From contig NZ_CALMZC010000058.1 in NCBI RefSeq assembly GCF_937873765.1, positions 5,713-69,712 on the forward strand: 64,000 bases of DNA, written 5' to 3'. The stretch comes from an uncultured Thiothrix sp. GTDB taxonomy: Bacteria > Pseudomonadota > Gammaproteobacteria > Thiotrichales > Thiotrichaceae. The stretch's first letter is position 1. Every line of letters starts with the position of its first letter. The notes below the pieces were generated by a model that was given only the letters and a program-made list of their open reading frames with translations, searched no databases and had not been told where the DNA came from. Of the stretch, positions 54,679-64,000 are shown in pieces. The translations under genes were made by a program, and so were the position numbers.

Positions 54679-55959
54679 ATGAGCCTTGCGCGTTTTAGTT
54701 ATTCCTGCCTGCTTTATGGCTTACTACCCTTTACTTTCATAAAGTTATGGTGGCGTGGACGCCTTAACCCTGACTATCGACAAGCTTGGGGTGAACGCTT
54801 AGGTTATGTCAAAGCCGTGCAATCGCCCCAACCTTGTATTTGCTTACATGCGGTATCAGTGGGGGAAACGATGGCTGCGCGTCCACTGATTGAGCAACTG
54901 TTAATACGTTATCCGGAGTATAAACTTTGGATTACTTCAACTACGCCAACAGGTGCTGCAACGGTCGAGCGTTTATTAGGTACACGTGTGGAGCGTAGTT
55001 ATTTACCCTATGATACGCCTGCCGCTGTTCAGCGCTTTTTGAGGAAGGTTCAACCGCAATTATTATTGATCATGGAAACTGAGCTTTGGCCGAACTTATA
55101 TGCTGCTTGTGCTGAAGCTAAGATTCCTCTTGTAGTAGTGAATGCGCGTCTCTCAGAGCGCTCCGCCCGTGGCTATGCCCGTATCCAAGGCTTAACTCGG
55201 GAAACTTTAGCCAACATTAGTTTGCTTGCAGCACGTGAGCAACAAGATGCAGAGCGCTTCTTAGCCTTGGGCGCAGTACCTAAGCAGCTTAAAGTCTTGG
55301 GTAATATTAAATTTGATGCACCCATTGCTACGGAGCTAAGAGCGAAAGCTATAGAGCTACGGGGAGCTTGGGGCGAGCGTTTGGTGTGGGTGGCGGCTAG
55401 TACGCATCGGGGTGAAGATGAGCTAATTCTGCAAGCACATCAAGAGTTACTTCGGCAGTTTCCGCATTTATTGCTGATCTTAGTGCCACGTCATCCAGAG
55501 CGTTTTGTTGAAGTCGCGGTTTTATGTGAACAGGCGCAGTTAAAGTATCAGCGACGGAGTAGTGCTCAGGCATTGGTAAATACTAGCTCGGTATTGTTAG
55601 GTGATAGCATGGGTGAGTTATTAATCTGGTATGCCTGTGCCGATGTGGCTTTTGTCGGTGGGAGCTTAGTCGATGTGGGTGGACATAATCCCTTAGAGGC
55701 TTTGGCATTTGGTGTGCCTGTAATTAGTGGTCACTGTATCCATAATTTCCAAGACATTTATCCCAACTTGGTTGAGCGAGGTGCTGTGGTACTGGTTGAT
55801 TCTCCAGCGCTTTTAGCCCATCATTTAGCGGCTTGGTTAGCTAAGCCAGCGGCTCGCCACCAAGCAGGGCAAGTCGGTCAGCGTTTTTTAGAACAACAAC
55901 GTGGCGTCGTTACACGCTTATTACCGGATCTGGATAAGCTGCTTAATGCAGAAAATTAA
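54679..55959 (+). CDS. waaA: 3-deoxy-D-manno-octulosonic acid transferase
   Basis: HAVSVGE, ETELWPN, ASTHRGE, LVPRHPERF, GGHNPLE. Confidence 0.96.
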   Translation: MSLARFSYSCLLYGLLPFTFIKLWWRGRLNPDYRQAWGERLGYVKAVQSPQPCICLHAVSVGETMAARPLIEQLLIRYPEYKLWITSTTPTGAATVERLLGTRVERSYLPYDTPAAVQRFLRKVQPQLLLIMETELWPNLYAACAEAKIPLVVVNARLSERSARGYARIQGLTRETLANISLLAAREQQDAERFLALGAVPKQLKVLGNIKFDAPIATELRAKAIELRGAWGERLVWVAASTHRGEDELILQAHQELLRQFPHLLLILVPRHPERFVEVAVLCEQAQLKYQRRSSAQALVNTSSVLLGDSMGELLIWYACADVAFVGGSLVDVGGHNPLEALAFGVPVISGHCIHNFQDIYPNLVERGAVVLVDSPALLAHHLAAWLAKPAARHQAGQVGQRFLEQQRGVVTRLLPDLDKLLNAEN

Positions 55960-55978
55960 ACAAATATAAAGGCTTAAG

Positions 55979-56356
55979 ATGCAAAACTCCCATTTACTAA
56001 CCTTAATCAGTGTTGTGTTCGTCAGTCTATTAATCACCGCCTGTGGTGATAAAGCTTCAGAGCAAAAAGCAGTGCAAGCAGTTGAGAAATCGGCATTTCC
56101 ACAAACTACAGCTATGGCTAACAAAGTTGTAGGGGCTGATGCCCATCCGGGTAAAGCGCTACATGATGCGAATTGTATTAGCTGTCATGATACGAAAGTT
56201 TATACCCGAGTCGAGCGTAAAGTCTTGGATTACACCCAATTAGCTGCTCAAGTAAGGCGCTGCGATGCAAATTTAGGCTCGCGCTTATTTGATGAAGACT
56301 TGGCGCATATTACCGACTACTTGAATCAGGCTTATTACAAATACCCTAAGCCATGA
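55979..56356 (+). CDS. Monoheme c-type cytochrome with lipoprotein signal
   Basis: Lipobox ITAC; CISCH heme motif; QVRRCDANLG. Confidence 0.8.
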   Translation: MQNSHLLTLISVVFVSLLITACGDKASEQKAVQAVEKSAFPQTTAMANKVVGADAHPGKALHDANCISCHDTKVYTRVERKVLDYTQLAAQVRRCDANLGSRLFDEDLAHITDYLNQAYYKYPKP

Positions 56357-56658
56357 AGTCTTATACTGTTCACATTCACCAGACCGATTACCGATTTCAA
56401 GTTGCTGAACGAGAAACGATTTTACAAGCGGCTTTGCGCCAAAATATTCCTTTACCTTGGGGTTGCAATATGGGCATTTGCGGTGTGTGTATGGGCACGG
56501 TAATAGAAGGACAATTGGAGTATTTAATCGGCTCAAACTCACCCTTAGCTTTATTTGAAGAAGATGCAACGGAAGGCAAAGCTTTATTCTGCTGTGCCTA
56601 TGCGTGTAGTGACTTAGTGATTGCTGTGCCTGAACTAGGTTATGATTATCAGTCTTGA
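56353..56658 (+). CDS. 2Fe-2S ferredoxin
   Basis: C-x4-C-x2-C (CNMGICGVC) plus LFCCAYACSDL; ATGA overlap with the cytochrome gene. Confidence 0.88.
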   Translation: MKSYTVHIHQTDYRFQVAERETILQAALRQNIPLPWGCNMGICGVCMGTVIEGQLEYLIGSNSPLALFEEDATEGKALFCCAYACSDLVIAVPELGYDYQS

Positions 56659-57146
56659 ATCGTTTCTTTCCATGGTTTGTCAGCAATCAATAAATCTAAA
56701 ATGGCAGCATTTCCACGTTTATCAATGGAGACTTCAATCGCCCCCTTTTTCTGGGCAATCGTGCTTTCAAGCCGAGTTGCGTATTCTTGTGGGATATAAA
56801 AGCGATCTAAACCCGCAGTAAAGGCAGTGCTAGCGTCACATTCACCTTGTAAATAAACCTCACAAGTATTTGGGCGCTCATCGGCTGGATAAACTCGCTT
56901 TTCAGGGCGTAAACACAAAACAGCAGTAATATCACTAGCTGGGCAGCCATACTCACTAACGACACCATAGTCGACTTTATAAAATAAATAATGCCCAGAT
57001 AGCATATCGCGTGGATCGAAGCCTTCGATTGGGAATTTAAAGGTTTCACCAGCTTGGCGTTGCTGCTGATACATCCAAGTATTAGCAGCCAAAACCACGA
57101 TAGGAAAAAGGAGGGCAGCCACTAAACGGAGTTGTTGATTTTTCAT
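56649..57146 (-). CDS. GDYXXLXY domain protein
   Basis: GFDPRDMLSGHYLFY; ATGA overlap with the upstream gene. Confidence 0.8.
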   Translation of the reverse strand: MKNQQLRLVAALLFPIVVLAANTWMYQQQRQAGETFKFPIEGFDPRDMLSGHYLFYKVDYGVVSEYGCPASDITAVLCLRPEKRVYPADERPNTCEVYLQGECDASTAFTAGLDRFYIPQEYATRLESTIAQKKGAIEVSIDKRGNAAILDLLIADKPWKETIQD

Positions 57147-58339
57147 ACAGTCAACTCCTGACTCCAATTTTGTAAACGATCCCGACTGCTATACCAAAAC
57201 CAAGCAATTCCAATAATCATTAATCCAGATAAAATTAAACCTATTCCCGTGGCTGCTAAGCCCCCCATGGCTTGAAAATATAAAACAACAAAACGTAGGC
57301 CAATTAAGAAAGTGATTAAATTAAAGGTGCGATGATAACCACTATTTCCAGCATGAATAGCATATAGAAATAAGATTAAAATCGTTAAAACTGGAGCTCG
57401 AATATCATCTGCTGACCAAAGGCTAGCACGTATCACTGAGTCTAAGGCTGTAAAGGTATAGCGCGTCTGTCCAGTGAAAAGAATACTCGGTTCATAATAT
57501 AGCACTAATAAGAGAATCGCGGCGATTAATAAAGCTTTATTCAAAGGTTTATAAACATGTCGTAATAGAATTAAGCTAATCAGTAATGCAGACGTGAGCC
57601 AAGCAGGTAAATACCAATGCCAATCAAAAACTTGGGTATCTGCCCCTGAGCGCATGAGATCAATCGCAATCAATGCGATAAGGGCAGAGATTTGAAACCA
57701 AAAGAAGAAACTAGAACTTGTTCGATGTAAAATGGCCACACGTCTAGCTAATAAATAGAGTGTAGCTGAGAGTAAGGGAGCTAGTAGTAAAACTGCAGGT
57801 AATTCACGCATGGAACTGCGTAAGTTACCACCCGCTAAATCTACACTACTCCATACGGCTGCATTGATAAATAGACTTACCCACAGAAAATGCACCACTA
57901 CATGTCGTGCAAATAAGGCAATGGGTAAGCAGATCACACTCCACAGCATAATAGCATGATACCAACGCCCATTAATGTGATAAATTTGTGCAATTAAACC
58001 TATGCTAGCTAGACATAAAATCATAAAGATAGCAATTAAGCTATCAGCAACGATTGGTTTATTAAGATTTTGATACCAAAAAATAGCAACAGCTAAACTA
58101 ACTAATAAACTGAAATCAGTCCCTAATTTAAGGCTATCTGGAATTTGCACCCAATTGGCAGCAATTAAAGAAATAATACCTAAGCCAATAATAGCTGAGC
58201 CAAGAATTAATAAACTATAAAGCCACCAATTATTATTATGTTTTTTACCCTGTTCAAAGGACAAAATAGCTTCGTATTGATCGCCAGTAAGCAGGCCCTG
58301 CTGCTCCCATATTTGCAGCTTTTTTTCGATCAGTGTCAT
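57143..58339 (-). CDS. DUF2157 multi-TM membrane protein
   Basis: WEQQGLLTGDQ, LGIISLIAANW, LIAQIYHI; usual partner of GDYXXLXY proteins. Confidence 0.8.
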   Translation of the reverse strand: MTLIEKKLQIWEQQGLLTGDQYEAILSFEQGKKHNNNWWLYSLLILGSAIIGLGIISLIAANWVQIPDSLKLGTDFSLLVSLAVAIFWYQNLNKPIVADSLIAIFMILCLASIGLIAQIYHINGRWYHAIMLWSVICLPIALFARHVVVHFLWVSLFINAAVWSSVDLAGGNLRSSMRELPAVLLLAPLLSATLYLLARRVAILHRTSSSFFFWFQISALIALIAIDLMRSGADTQVFDWHWYLPAWLTSALLISLILLRHVYKPLNKALLIAAILLLVLYYEPSILFTGQTRYTFTALDSVIRASLWSADDIRAPVLTILILFLYAIHAGNSGYHRTFNLITFLIGLRFVVLYFQAMGGLAATGIGLILSGLMIIGIAWFWYSSRDRLQNWSQELTV

Positions 58340-58467
58340 TCGTTGTGCCACGCCCGTATCATGCTGATAGCTTGTTATGAACGATATAAGTTAGCACGAT
58401 TTAGCTAGAATCGCCTCTGCTTTAAGCAGGACAACCAGACTAGCATTAACTAAATTTACACATTAAG

Positions 58468-59673
58468 TTATAAATGCCGCTCTGGCGCTTTCGATAAATG
58501 GCTAAATGCAAATTTAGGAAGCTGCGGCTTGCGTCCAAAACAAATGCCTAAGGATTCATACCAACCGACTTGTTGCAAATCGACATGCCGTTGGCGAATG
58601 GCATCAGCCGTGTTCATATATTCAATCGTATTACCACGTACATTAGCTACCGTGACTCCACTCATGCCTGCTTGGAGCAAATGCAGGGCGGCTGCACCCG
58701 CTTCTAAACCAAAGCTGACATCAAAAGCTGAAGACTGACCACAACGTACTAAATGCCCCGGATTCACGGCTCGAACTTCAGGAATTTCATATTGACTGGG
58801 AACATACATGCCCATCGCTTGCATGAGAGCTGGAATTTCCGGATCAGCCTTTAAACGCTTACTCAGTTCAGCACAAACATAAGCACCTGCCCCAGTGAGT
58901 TTTTTATGCCCAAAAGCATCTGTGCCAGCGCTGGTATCGACGACTTCATGGCCTTGAGCATCGTGCATACCTTCTGCAACCATAATCAGATAAGTACCTG
59001 CGCGCACATCACTGCCTGCAATCCGCTCGAAATAGCGCTGTTTCATGTGCTGATAAAGCAGATCGAAATCCACACTAATCTCTGGAATCAAAATTGCGTC
59101 TGCTTCTGCGCCAATGCCACCTCGGAAGGCGGTATGACCGGCATTACGCCCAAAAACTTCTACCACCATGACACGGTTATGAGTACGTCCTGTGGTATGA
59201 ATATCACGGGCGAAGCTGGCAATCCGGCTAACAGTAGAGTCAGCTCCCACGGAGTAAGTCTGCAAATCCATATCCATCGTTTTGGGTACATGTACACAAT
59301 GTACGCCATGTGCTGCTAAATCCACCATCACTGAACCAGTGTCATCTCCACCACTAATAATTAGACCGTCTAAGTTAAATTTGGCTAAGCCATCCCGAAT
59401 TCGCTGGTATTTATTGGGATCGGCAAGTTTACGAAGATTGACCCGTGAATGGCCTGCTTCTGAGCCTGCGACGGTGCAATCAAAAATTTCTAAGCGCGCA
59501 GGAGTCAATTCAACAAGGTTTTCAAACTGACTGAGATTGTATAAGCCAGCATAACCATTAGGGATCACTAAGCATTGAATATTTTGCTGGTGGGCGACGA
59601 GAGTAACGCCCTTAATGACTGCATTTAAGCCACCACAATCACCGCCACTAGTGAGAATGCCGATTCTTTTCAT
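58468..59673 (-). CDS. 6-phosphofructokinase, probably PPi-dependent
   Basis: TSGGDCGGLN, GGDDT, PKTMD and EVFGRNAG. Confidence 0.85.
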   Translation of the reverse strand: MKRIGILTSGGDCGGLNAVIKGVTLVAHQQNIQCLVIPNGYAGLYNLSQFENLVELTPARLEIFDCTVAGSEAGHSRVNLRKLADPNKYQRIRDGLAKFNLDGLIISGGDDTGSVMVDLAAHGVHCVHVPKTMDMDLQTYSVGADSTVSRIASFARDIHTTGRTHNRVMVVEVFGRNAGHTAFRGGIGAEADAILIPEISVDFDLLYQHMKQRYFERIAGSDVRAGTYLIMVAEGMHDAQGHEVVDTSAGTDAFGHKKLTGAGAYVCAELSKRLKADPEIPALMQAMGMYVPSQYEIPEVRAVNPGHLVRCGQSSAFDVSFGLEAGAAALHLLQAGMSGVTVANVRGNTIEYMNTADAIRQRHVDLQQVGWYESLGICFGRKPQLPKFAFSHLSKAPERHL

Positions 59674-59752
59674 GCTTTTTTCTTTCCATGCTTTGCCAGT
59701 TATTCAAGAATAGAGCGCTGAACGAATTGCTGCAATGCTAAAAGATAAATGA

Positions 59753-60658
59753 CTAGTCTTGGGCGTTCAGTGCACAGCGAATTTCTATAGTTTGTTGTTC
59801 AATCACTTGAATAAAAGCGGTTAGCTTCGGTAGCAAACTACGGCTTGAGGGATAAATCAGTGCGGAGTGGAATAAATAAGGGGTGCCCTCGACCGCTTGG
59901 ATTTTTAAGCGTCCCTGCAAAACATCATCCGCGACCACACAGTTTGGCAACAAGCCTATTCCCATATTGGCCAGTAAACAGCGCCGGATCACTTCGACAT
60001 TAGTGAACGATTGACGCGGTTTTAGATTTAAACCTAAAGCTCGGAAATGTGCCTCGGCAGCGACTCTATAAGTGCAGCCCTCCTCAGTGGTAATCAGCGG
60101 ATGCTCATTCAAGGCCATTAAACTGAGCATTTGCGCTTGCCAGCGTTCGGGATGGCAGACGAAAACAACATCTTCAGCATATAGTGGATGATAATGGCTA
60201 GCTTCAGGGCGTACTTGGCTGACAATAATCGCCGCATCAATCTCGCCACTTTGCAAAGCTTGGCGATAAGCAAAAGGTTCATGGGTGAGCATTACCTCCA
60301 CTCGTGGGGCATGGAGCTGCAAGGCTTCGATAAGGCTGGGTAGGCGATAAATACACATCGAGCTGGGCGCGAATAATTTTAAGCAGCCACTCGGTTCATG
60401 CGCAATACTATGGGCTAGTTGGGTGATCTGTTCAGCGCTATTTAGAAAGTTTTGCAAACTCGTTTGAAGTTGACGTAAAGCACTGCTGGCAACAATCCCA
60501 CGTCCTGCGGGTTCAAATAAATTAACCCCTAGCTCAGTCGATAGCTCACGAATCTGTGCTGAAACACTAGAAGGCGCTAAGTACAAAGCCTCCGCTGCCC
60601 GATTGACGCTGCCTAATTCTAAAACAGTCAGCACACTACGTACTTGTCGAGGGGTCAT
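59753..60658 (-). CDS. LysR family transcriptional regulator
   Basis: HTH GSVNRAAEALYLAPSSVSAQIRELSTELGVNLFE; divergent from the GST gene. Confidence 0.9.
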   Translation of the reverse strand: MTPRQVRSVLTVLELGSVNRAAEALYLAPSSVSAQIRELSTELGVNLFEPAGRGIVASSALRQLQTSLQNFLNSAEQITQLAHSIAHEPSGCLKLFAPSSMCIYRLPSLIEALQLHAPRVEVMLTHEPFAYRQALQSGEIDAAIIVSQVRPEASHYHPLYAEDVVFVCHPERWQAQMLSLMALNEHPLITTEEGCTYRVAAEAHFRALGLNLKPRQSFTNVEVIRRCLLANMGIGLLPNCVVADDVLQGRLKIQAVEGTPYLFHSALIYPSSRSLLPKLTAFIQVIEQQTIEIRCALNAQD

Positions 60659-60762
60659 TATGCAAATTCTCCGCATGGTTAGCATAAAAATATTCGCTTT
60701 TATTGGATTTGTCAGCTCTTTATGCTGCATGACCTATCTACTAATCAATCAGGAACTCTGAA

Positions 60763-61422
60763 ATGCATTTGTATATTGCGTATAAAAACTATTCCTCTTG
60801 GTCTCTGCGCCCATGGATTGCTTTAAAAGTGGCGGGTATTCCTTTTGATGAAACGATCCTGCCTTTTTATCATAGCGATGCTTTAGACAAACTCGGAGAG
60901 CGCTATCAGATTCCAGCGAAAGTGCCGGTTATTGAAGATCAAGGCCTGATCATTTGGGATAGCTTAGCCATGTTGGAATATGTGCATGAGCAATATCCAG
61001 AGAAAAAATTATGGCCAGAGGATTTGGCATTACGGACGCTAGCACGTTCAGCCGCAGCGGAAATGCATAGTAGCTTTAATGCTTTACGGTCGCAACATCC
61101 CATGAATTGCCGTCGCCACATTAAAATGCAGCCCTCACCGGAAGTTCAAGTTGAGTTACTGCGTCTTGCCGAGATTTGGGCGCATTTTGAAAAAGCGAAT
61201 AAGCCAGCCGGTGATTTTTTATGTGGACATTTCACGATTGTGGATGCGATGTATGCACCCGTCATGTGGCGTGCTGTGGGTTATGGTTTAGAAGTTTCGC
61301 CAAGCTTCAAAAAATGGACTGAATCGATGTTGGTTTTACCTGCAATGCAGGAATGGCTCGCGGCGGCTAAAGCGGAAGAGGCTAAATGGACTATTGCACA
61401 ATATGATGAAGTGGGCGTGTAG
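60763..61422 (+). CDS. Glutathione S-transferase family protein
   Basis: KNYSSWSLRPW, KVPV, WDSLAM, DAMYAP. Confidence 0.9.
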   Translation: MHLYIAYKNYSSWSLRPWIALKVAGIPFDETILPFYHSDALDKLGERYQIPAKVPVIEDQGLIIWDSLAMLEYVHEQYPEKKLWPEDLALRTLARSAAAEMHSSFNALRSQHPMNCRRHIKMQPSPEVQVELLRLAEIWAHFEKANKPAGDFLCGHFTIVDAMYAPVMWRAVGYGLEVSPSFKKWTESMLVLPAMQEWLAAAKAEEAKWTIAQYDEVGV

Positions 61423-61449
61423 TTGCTGCCTCATTTTGAGTGATCTTAA

Positions 61450-61478
61450 ATAGCAGTGCCGCTTGTGGGCACTGCTAT
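61450..61478. terminator. Hairpin between convergent genes
   Basis: ATAGCAGTGCC-GCTTGTG-GGCACTGCTAT. Confidence 0.7.
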
Positions 61479-61503
61479 ATATTCAAAAAATAACAGGTTT
61501 ATG

Positions 61504-62388
61504 CTACCCCGGTGACATGCCCCGCAAGCGCTCAGAACGCCGCCTTAACAATTCCAAAGTGACTAATAAGGCGACAGAGAGTACGACTAGGATCGTTGCA
61601 ACCGCCAAAATTGTTGGGCTAATCTGCTCACGTAGGCCAGTAAACATCTGCCAAGGCAAAGTTTTATTCTTGGCAGAACCCACGAACATCACCACTACGA
61701 CTTCATCAAATGAAGTGATAAAAGCGAATAAAGCGCCTGAAATCACTCCCGGAATAATCAACGGCATTTGGACTTTAAAAAAAGTACGAACTGGACCAGC
61801 GCCCATTGAGGCGGCAGCACGTGTCAGGCTACGATCAAAGCCGACTAGAGTTGCAGTCACGGTAATGATGACAAAGGGAATACCTAAAGCAGCATGAGCC
61901 AGCACGATCTTAATATATTCAACTATATTCGCATTCATCCCTAAGCTATCGACCATGTAGTTGCCAAGACGGGCATAGAAGAAATACATACCCGTTGCAG
62001 AGATAATCAGCGGCACAATCATGGGCGAAATTAAGGTAGCCATAATCGCTCGGCGGAAAGGCACATGGCTTTGGCTTAAACCAATCGCTGCAATTGTCCC
62101 CAATACTACGGCAATAAGGGTGGCAACGGGTGCTATCTTCAGCGAGTTGCGCATCGCATTTTGCCAGTCACCATTGGTAAAAAAGTCTTGATAATGCTTT
62201 AAAGAATAGCCTTCGGGTTGCAGGCGTAACATCTCGGGTGTGAAGGTAAAAAAGTCAGTAGCATTAAAACTGAGTGGAATAATAATCAGAATCGGTGCAA
62301 TCAAGAAAAAGAAGATTAAGCCGCAAATGACACGAAAACTGTAGTACCAAACTTTTTGGCCGGTGCTTGCATAAATCGGTAAATTCAT
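61504..62388 (-). CDS. Polyamine-type ABC transporter permease (PotC-like)
   Basis: LISPMIVP, RAAASMGAGP EAA-like loop, FITSFDEVVV. Confidence 0.88.
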   Translation of the reverse strand: MNLPIYASTGQKVWYYSFRVICGLIFFFLIAPILIIIPLSFNATDFFTFTPEMLRLQPEGYSLKHYQDFFTNGDWQNAMRNSLKIAPVATLIAVVLGTIAAIGLSQSHVPFRRAIMATLISPMIVPLIISATGMYFFYARLGNYMVDSLGMNANIVEYIKIVLAHAALGIPFVIITVTATLVGFDRSLTRAAASMGAGPVRTFFKVQMPLIIPGVISGALFAFITSFDEVVVVMFVGSAKNKTLPWQMFTGLREQISPTILAVATILVVLSVALLVTLELLRRRSERLRGMSPG

Positions 62389-62394
62389 GGCTGC

Positions 62395-63642
62395 TTATCC
62401 CAATTTCACTTTATCAATACCGACAATGCGGTCATACACCCAATACAGCACGAGTACTAAGGTCAACAGAATTGTACCTAGCGCTGCCGCCATACCCCAG
62501 TTCAATGAGCTGGAAATATGATAAGCAATTCGGTTAGAGATAAAAGTACCTTGAGTCCCACCGACGAGTTCGGGGGTAATGTAATAACCGATGGCTAAGA
62601 TGAAGGTGAGAATCGCACCTGCTCCAATCCCTGCAATGGTTTGTGGAAAGTAAACGCGCCAGAAGGCTGTCCAATCAGTTGCCCCCAAGGATTTAGCCGC
62701 ACGCATATAGGATGGCGGAATAGTCCGCATCACTGAATAAAGTGGTAGAATCATAAAGGGTAGCAGAATATGTGTCATCGCAATCAAAGTACCCAACTGA
62801 TTATTGATCAATTCTAAACGCCCTGCGTGACTAATCATTCCCAGCCAAACCAGAATATCATTGATGACACCTTGCTGTTGCAGCAGTACTTTCCATGCTG
62901 AAGTACGTACTAAAAGGGAAGTCCAGAAGGGTAGTAGCACTAAAATCATCAGTAAATTTGAGGTGCGCATTGGCAAATTAGCGAGTAGCCAAGCAATGGG
63001 GTAGCCCAATAATAAGCACAGCGCAGTAATCACGATACTCATGAAAATTGTGCGGGCAAAGAGGTTGAGATAGATTCGATCTGATTCGGGCAATCTTTCG
63101 ATGCCATCAGGTGTTTTCTTCATATCCAAGGCGGCAAGGAAATAGCCATTGGTATATTCAGGTGAATAAAGTTTGAGTAAATTCCAAGTCTTTAAATCAC
63201 CCCAAGCTTTGTCGGCGGCAAGAAATTGCTCTTTATAGCTCAGACTCGCTTGCATTTTACTGACATCTTTCCCTACCTTCCGAAACAGTGAGGACATGCC
63301 ACTATTTTCATAATTAAGACGAGTACCGAGTTTGGTATGATTCTTCTGCTCAACGGCTTGCTTCAAATCATTATAGAGCGTGGTATAAGTAGCTTCATCG
63401 GGGAGTTGGGCTGATTTGGGATCCCAAGTTTCTAAGCTGGTGGTGGTTTGGGGAAGGGTTTCACTAACAATGCTGTTATCAATGGAGCGCAGCAACATGT
63501 CAGTAATAGGAATAACGAAAGTAATTAAAATAAAAATCAGTAGCGGAGCAATCAATAATAAAGCGCGCATTTTTTGTTTGAACAGGGCGCGGGCGATTTG
63601 CTTTTTTAACGGCACACCGTTAAGGGTTTGGATTTGCTCCAT
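62395..63642 (-). CDS. Polyamine-type ABC transporter permease (PotB-like)
   Basis: VLLPFWTSLLVRT, LPFMILPLYS, RAAKSLGA, GYYITPELVGG. Confidence 0.88.
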   Translation of the reverse strand: MEQIQTLNGVPLKKQIARALFKQKMRALLLIAPLLIFILITFVIPITDMLLRSIDNSIVSETLPQTTTSLETWDPKSAQLPDEATYTTLYNDLKQAVEQKNHTKLGTRLNYENSGMSSLFRKVGKDVSKMQASLSYKEQFLAADKAWGDLKTWNLLKLYSPEYTNGYFLAALDMKKTPDGIERLPESDRIYLNLFARTIFMSIVITALCLLLGYPIAWLLANLPMRTSNLLMILVLLPFWTSLLVRTSAWKVLLQQQGVINDILVWLGMISHAGRLELINNQLGTLIAMTHILLPFMILPLYSVMRTIPPSYMRAAKSLGATDWTAFWRVYFPQTIAGIGAGAILTFILAIGYYITPELVGGTQGTFISNRIAYHISSSLNWGMAAALGTILLTLVLVLYWVYDRIVGIDKVKLG

Positions 63643-63665
63643 AGCTCATTCCTGTGGCAAGAAGC

Positions 63666-63689
63666 TCCCTCCTCTAAAACGAGGAGGGA
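63666..63689. other. Intergenic stem-loop between the binding-protein and permease genes
   Basis: TCCCTCCTC-TAAAAC-GAGGAGGGA; typical mRNA-stabilising position in ABC operons. Confidence 0.55.
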
Positions 63690-63724
63690 TGTTGGAAGAA
63701 TGATGAGTAGCGAGTCAGCGCAGA

Positions 63725-64000
63725 TTACTTAGCTAACCAAGCCTCAAATTTCTTATTCATTTCGTCTTCGTTGTTTGACCACCACTCAATGTTATTCACT
63801 AAGAAGCGTTTAGCATTTGCAGGATTACTGGGCATATGCGGAGCCATTTCAATCCCTAAGACGGCATGCTTACCGACTAAAGGTTGGGAAGAAGCACGCG
63901 CAGGGCCGTAAGAGATATATTTGGCTTGATCCGCTAAACGTTGAGTATCAGTAGAGACTTTCAAAAAATCCATAACTCGCGCTTTGCGATCCTCTGGTAA
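63725..64000 (-). CDS. ABC transporter substrate-binding protein (C-terminal part; 5' end outside the window)
   Basis: Frame open to the edge; YISYGPARASS, WWSNNEDEMNKKFEAWLAK. Confidence 0.85.
   Translation of the reverse strand, partial: LPEDRKARVMDFLKVSTDTQRLADQAKYISYGPARASSQPLVGKHAVLGIEMAPHMPSNPANAKRFLVNNIEWWSNNEDEMNKKFEAWLAK

Noticed and set aside
61463-61897. 144-aa plus-strand ORF and the many other 60-150 aa ORFs antisense to or nested in known genes
   Set aside because: They are shadows of well-supported genes and have no motifs of their own.

Overview
Mostly core-genome DNA from a gammaproteobacterium with GC in the mid-40s %. The rhodanese-DsrE2 pair, PPi-type Pfk and overall gene style suggest a Thiotrichaceae-like sulfur oxidiser (inference only). 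Left to right: pcm, bepA, rhd-dsrE2, a pilG-pilH-pilI-pilJ-chpA-chpC chemosensory operon, apaH, priA, a minimal ectoine catabolic cluster (doeA, doeB, doeD, GntR), mazG, a complete hutIGUHC operon, yebC-ruvC-ruvA, an ABC-F ATPase, mutY-yggX, tRNA-Gly(CCC) followed by a small accessory stretch, single-chain pyruvate carboxylase, an LPS glycosyltransferase cluster with waaA, pfk and a polyamine-type ABC transporter. No CRISPR array, prophage or intact IS was seen. The strongest signals are non-coding or recoding. (1) A complete unannotated sigma54-type RNA transcription unit of about 380 nt directly upstream of the hut operon. It has an enhancer-like repeat cluster, AANAANAA tracts, a duplicated structured module with a compensatory base change, and a terminator, and resembles CrcZ. 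(2) chpA is split by a frame change at an A9 run that would give a FimL-sized protein plus full ChpA. (3) A DUF1127 gene is followed by a cuckoo-like anti-Shine-Dalgarno hairpin. (4) A DnaA-box/IHF cluster lies upstream of priA. (5) A glycosyltransferase has a likely CUG start codon.
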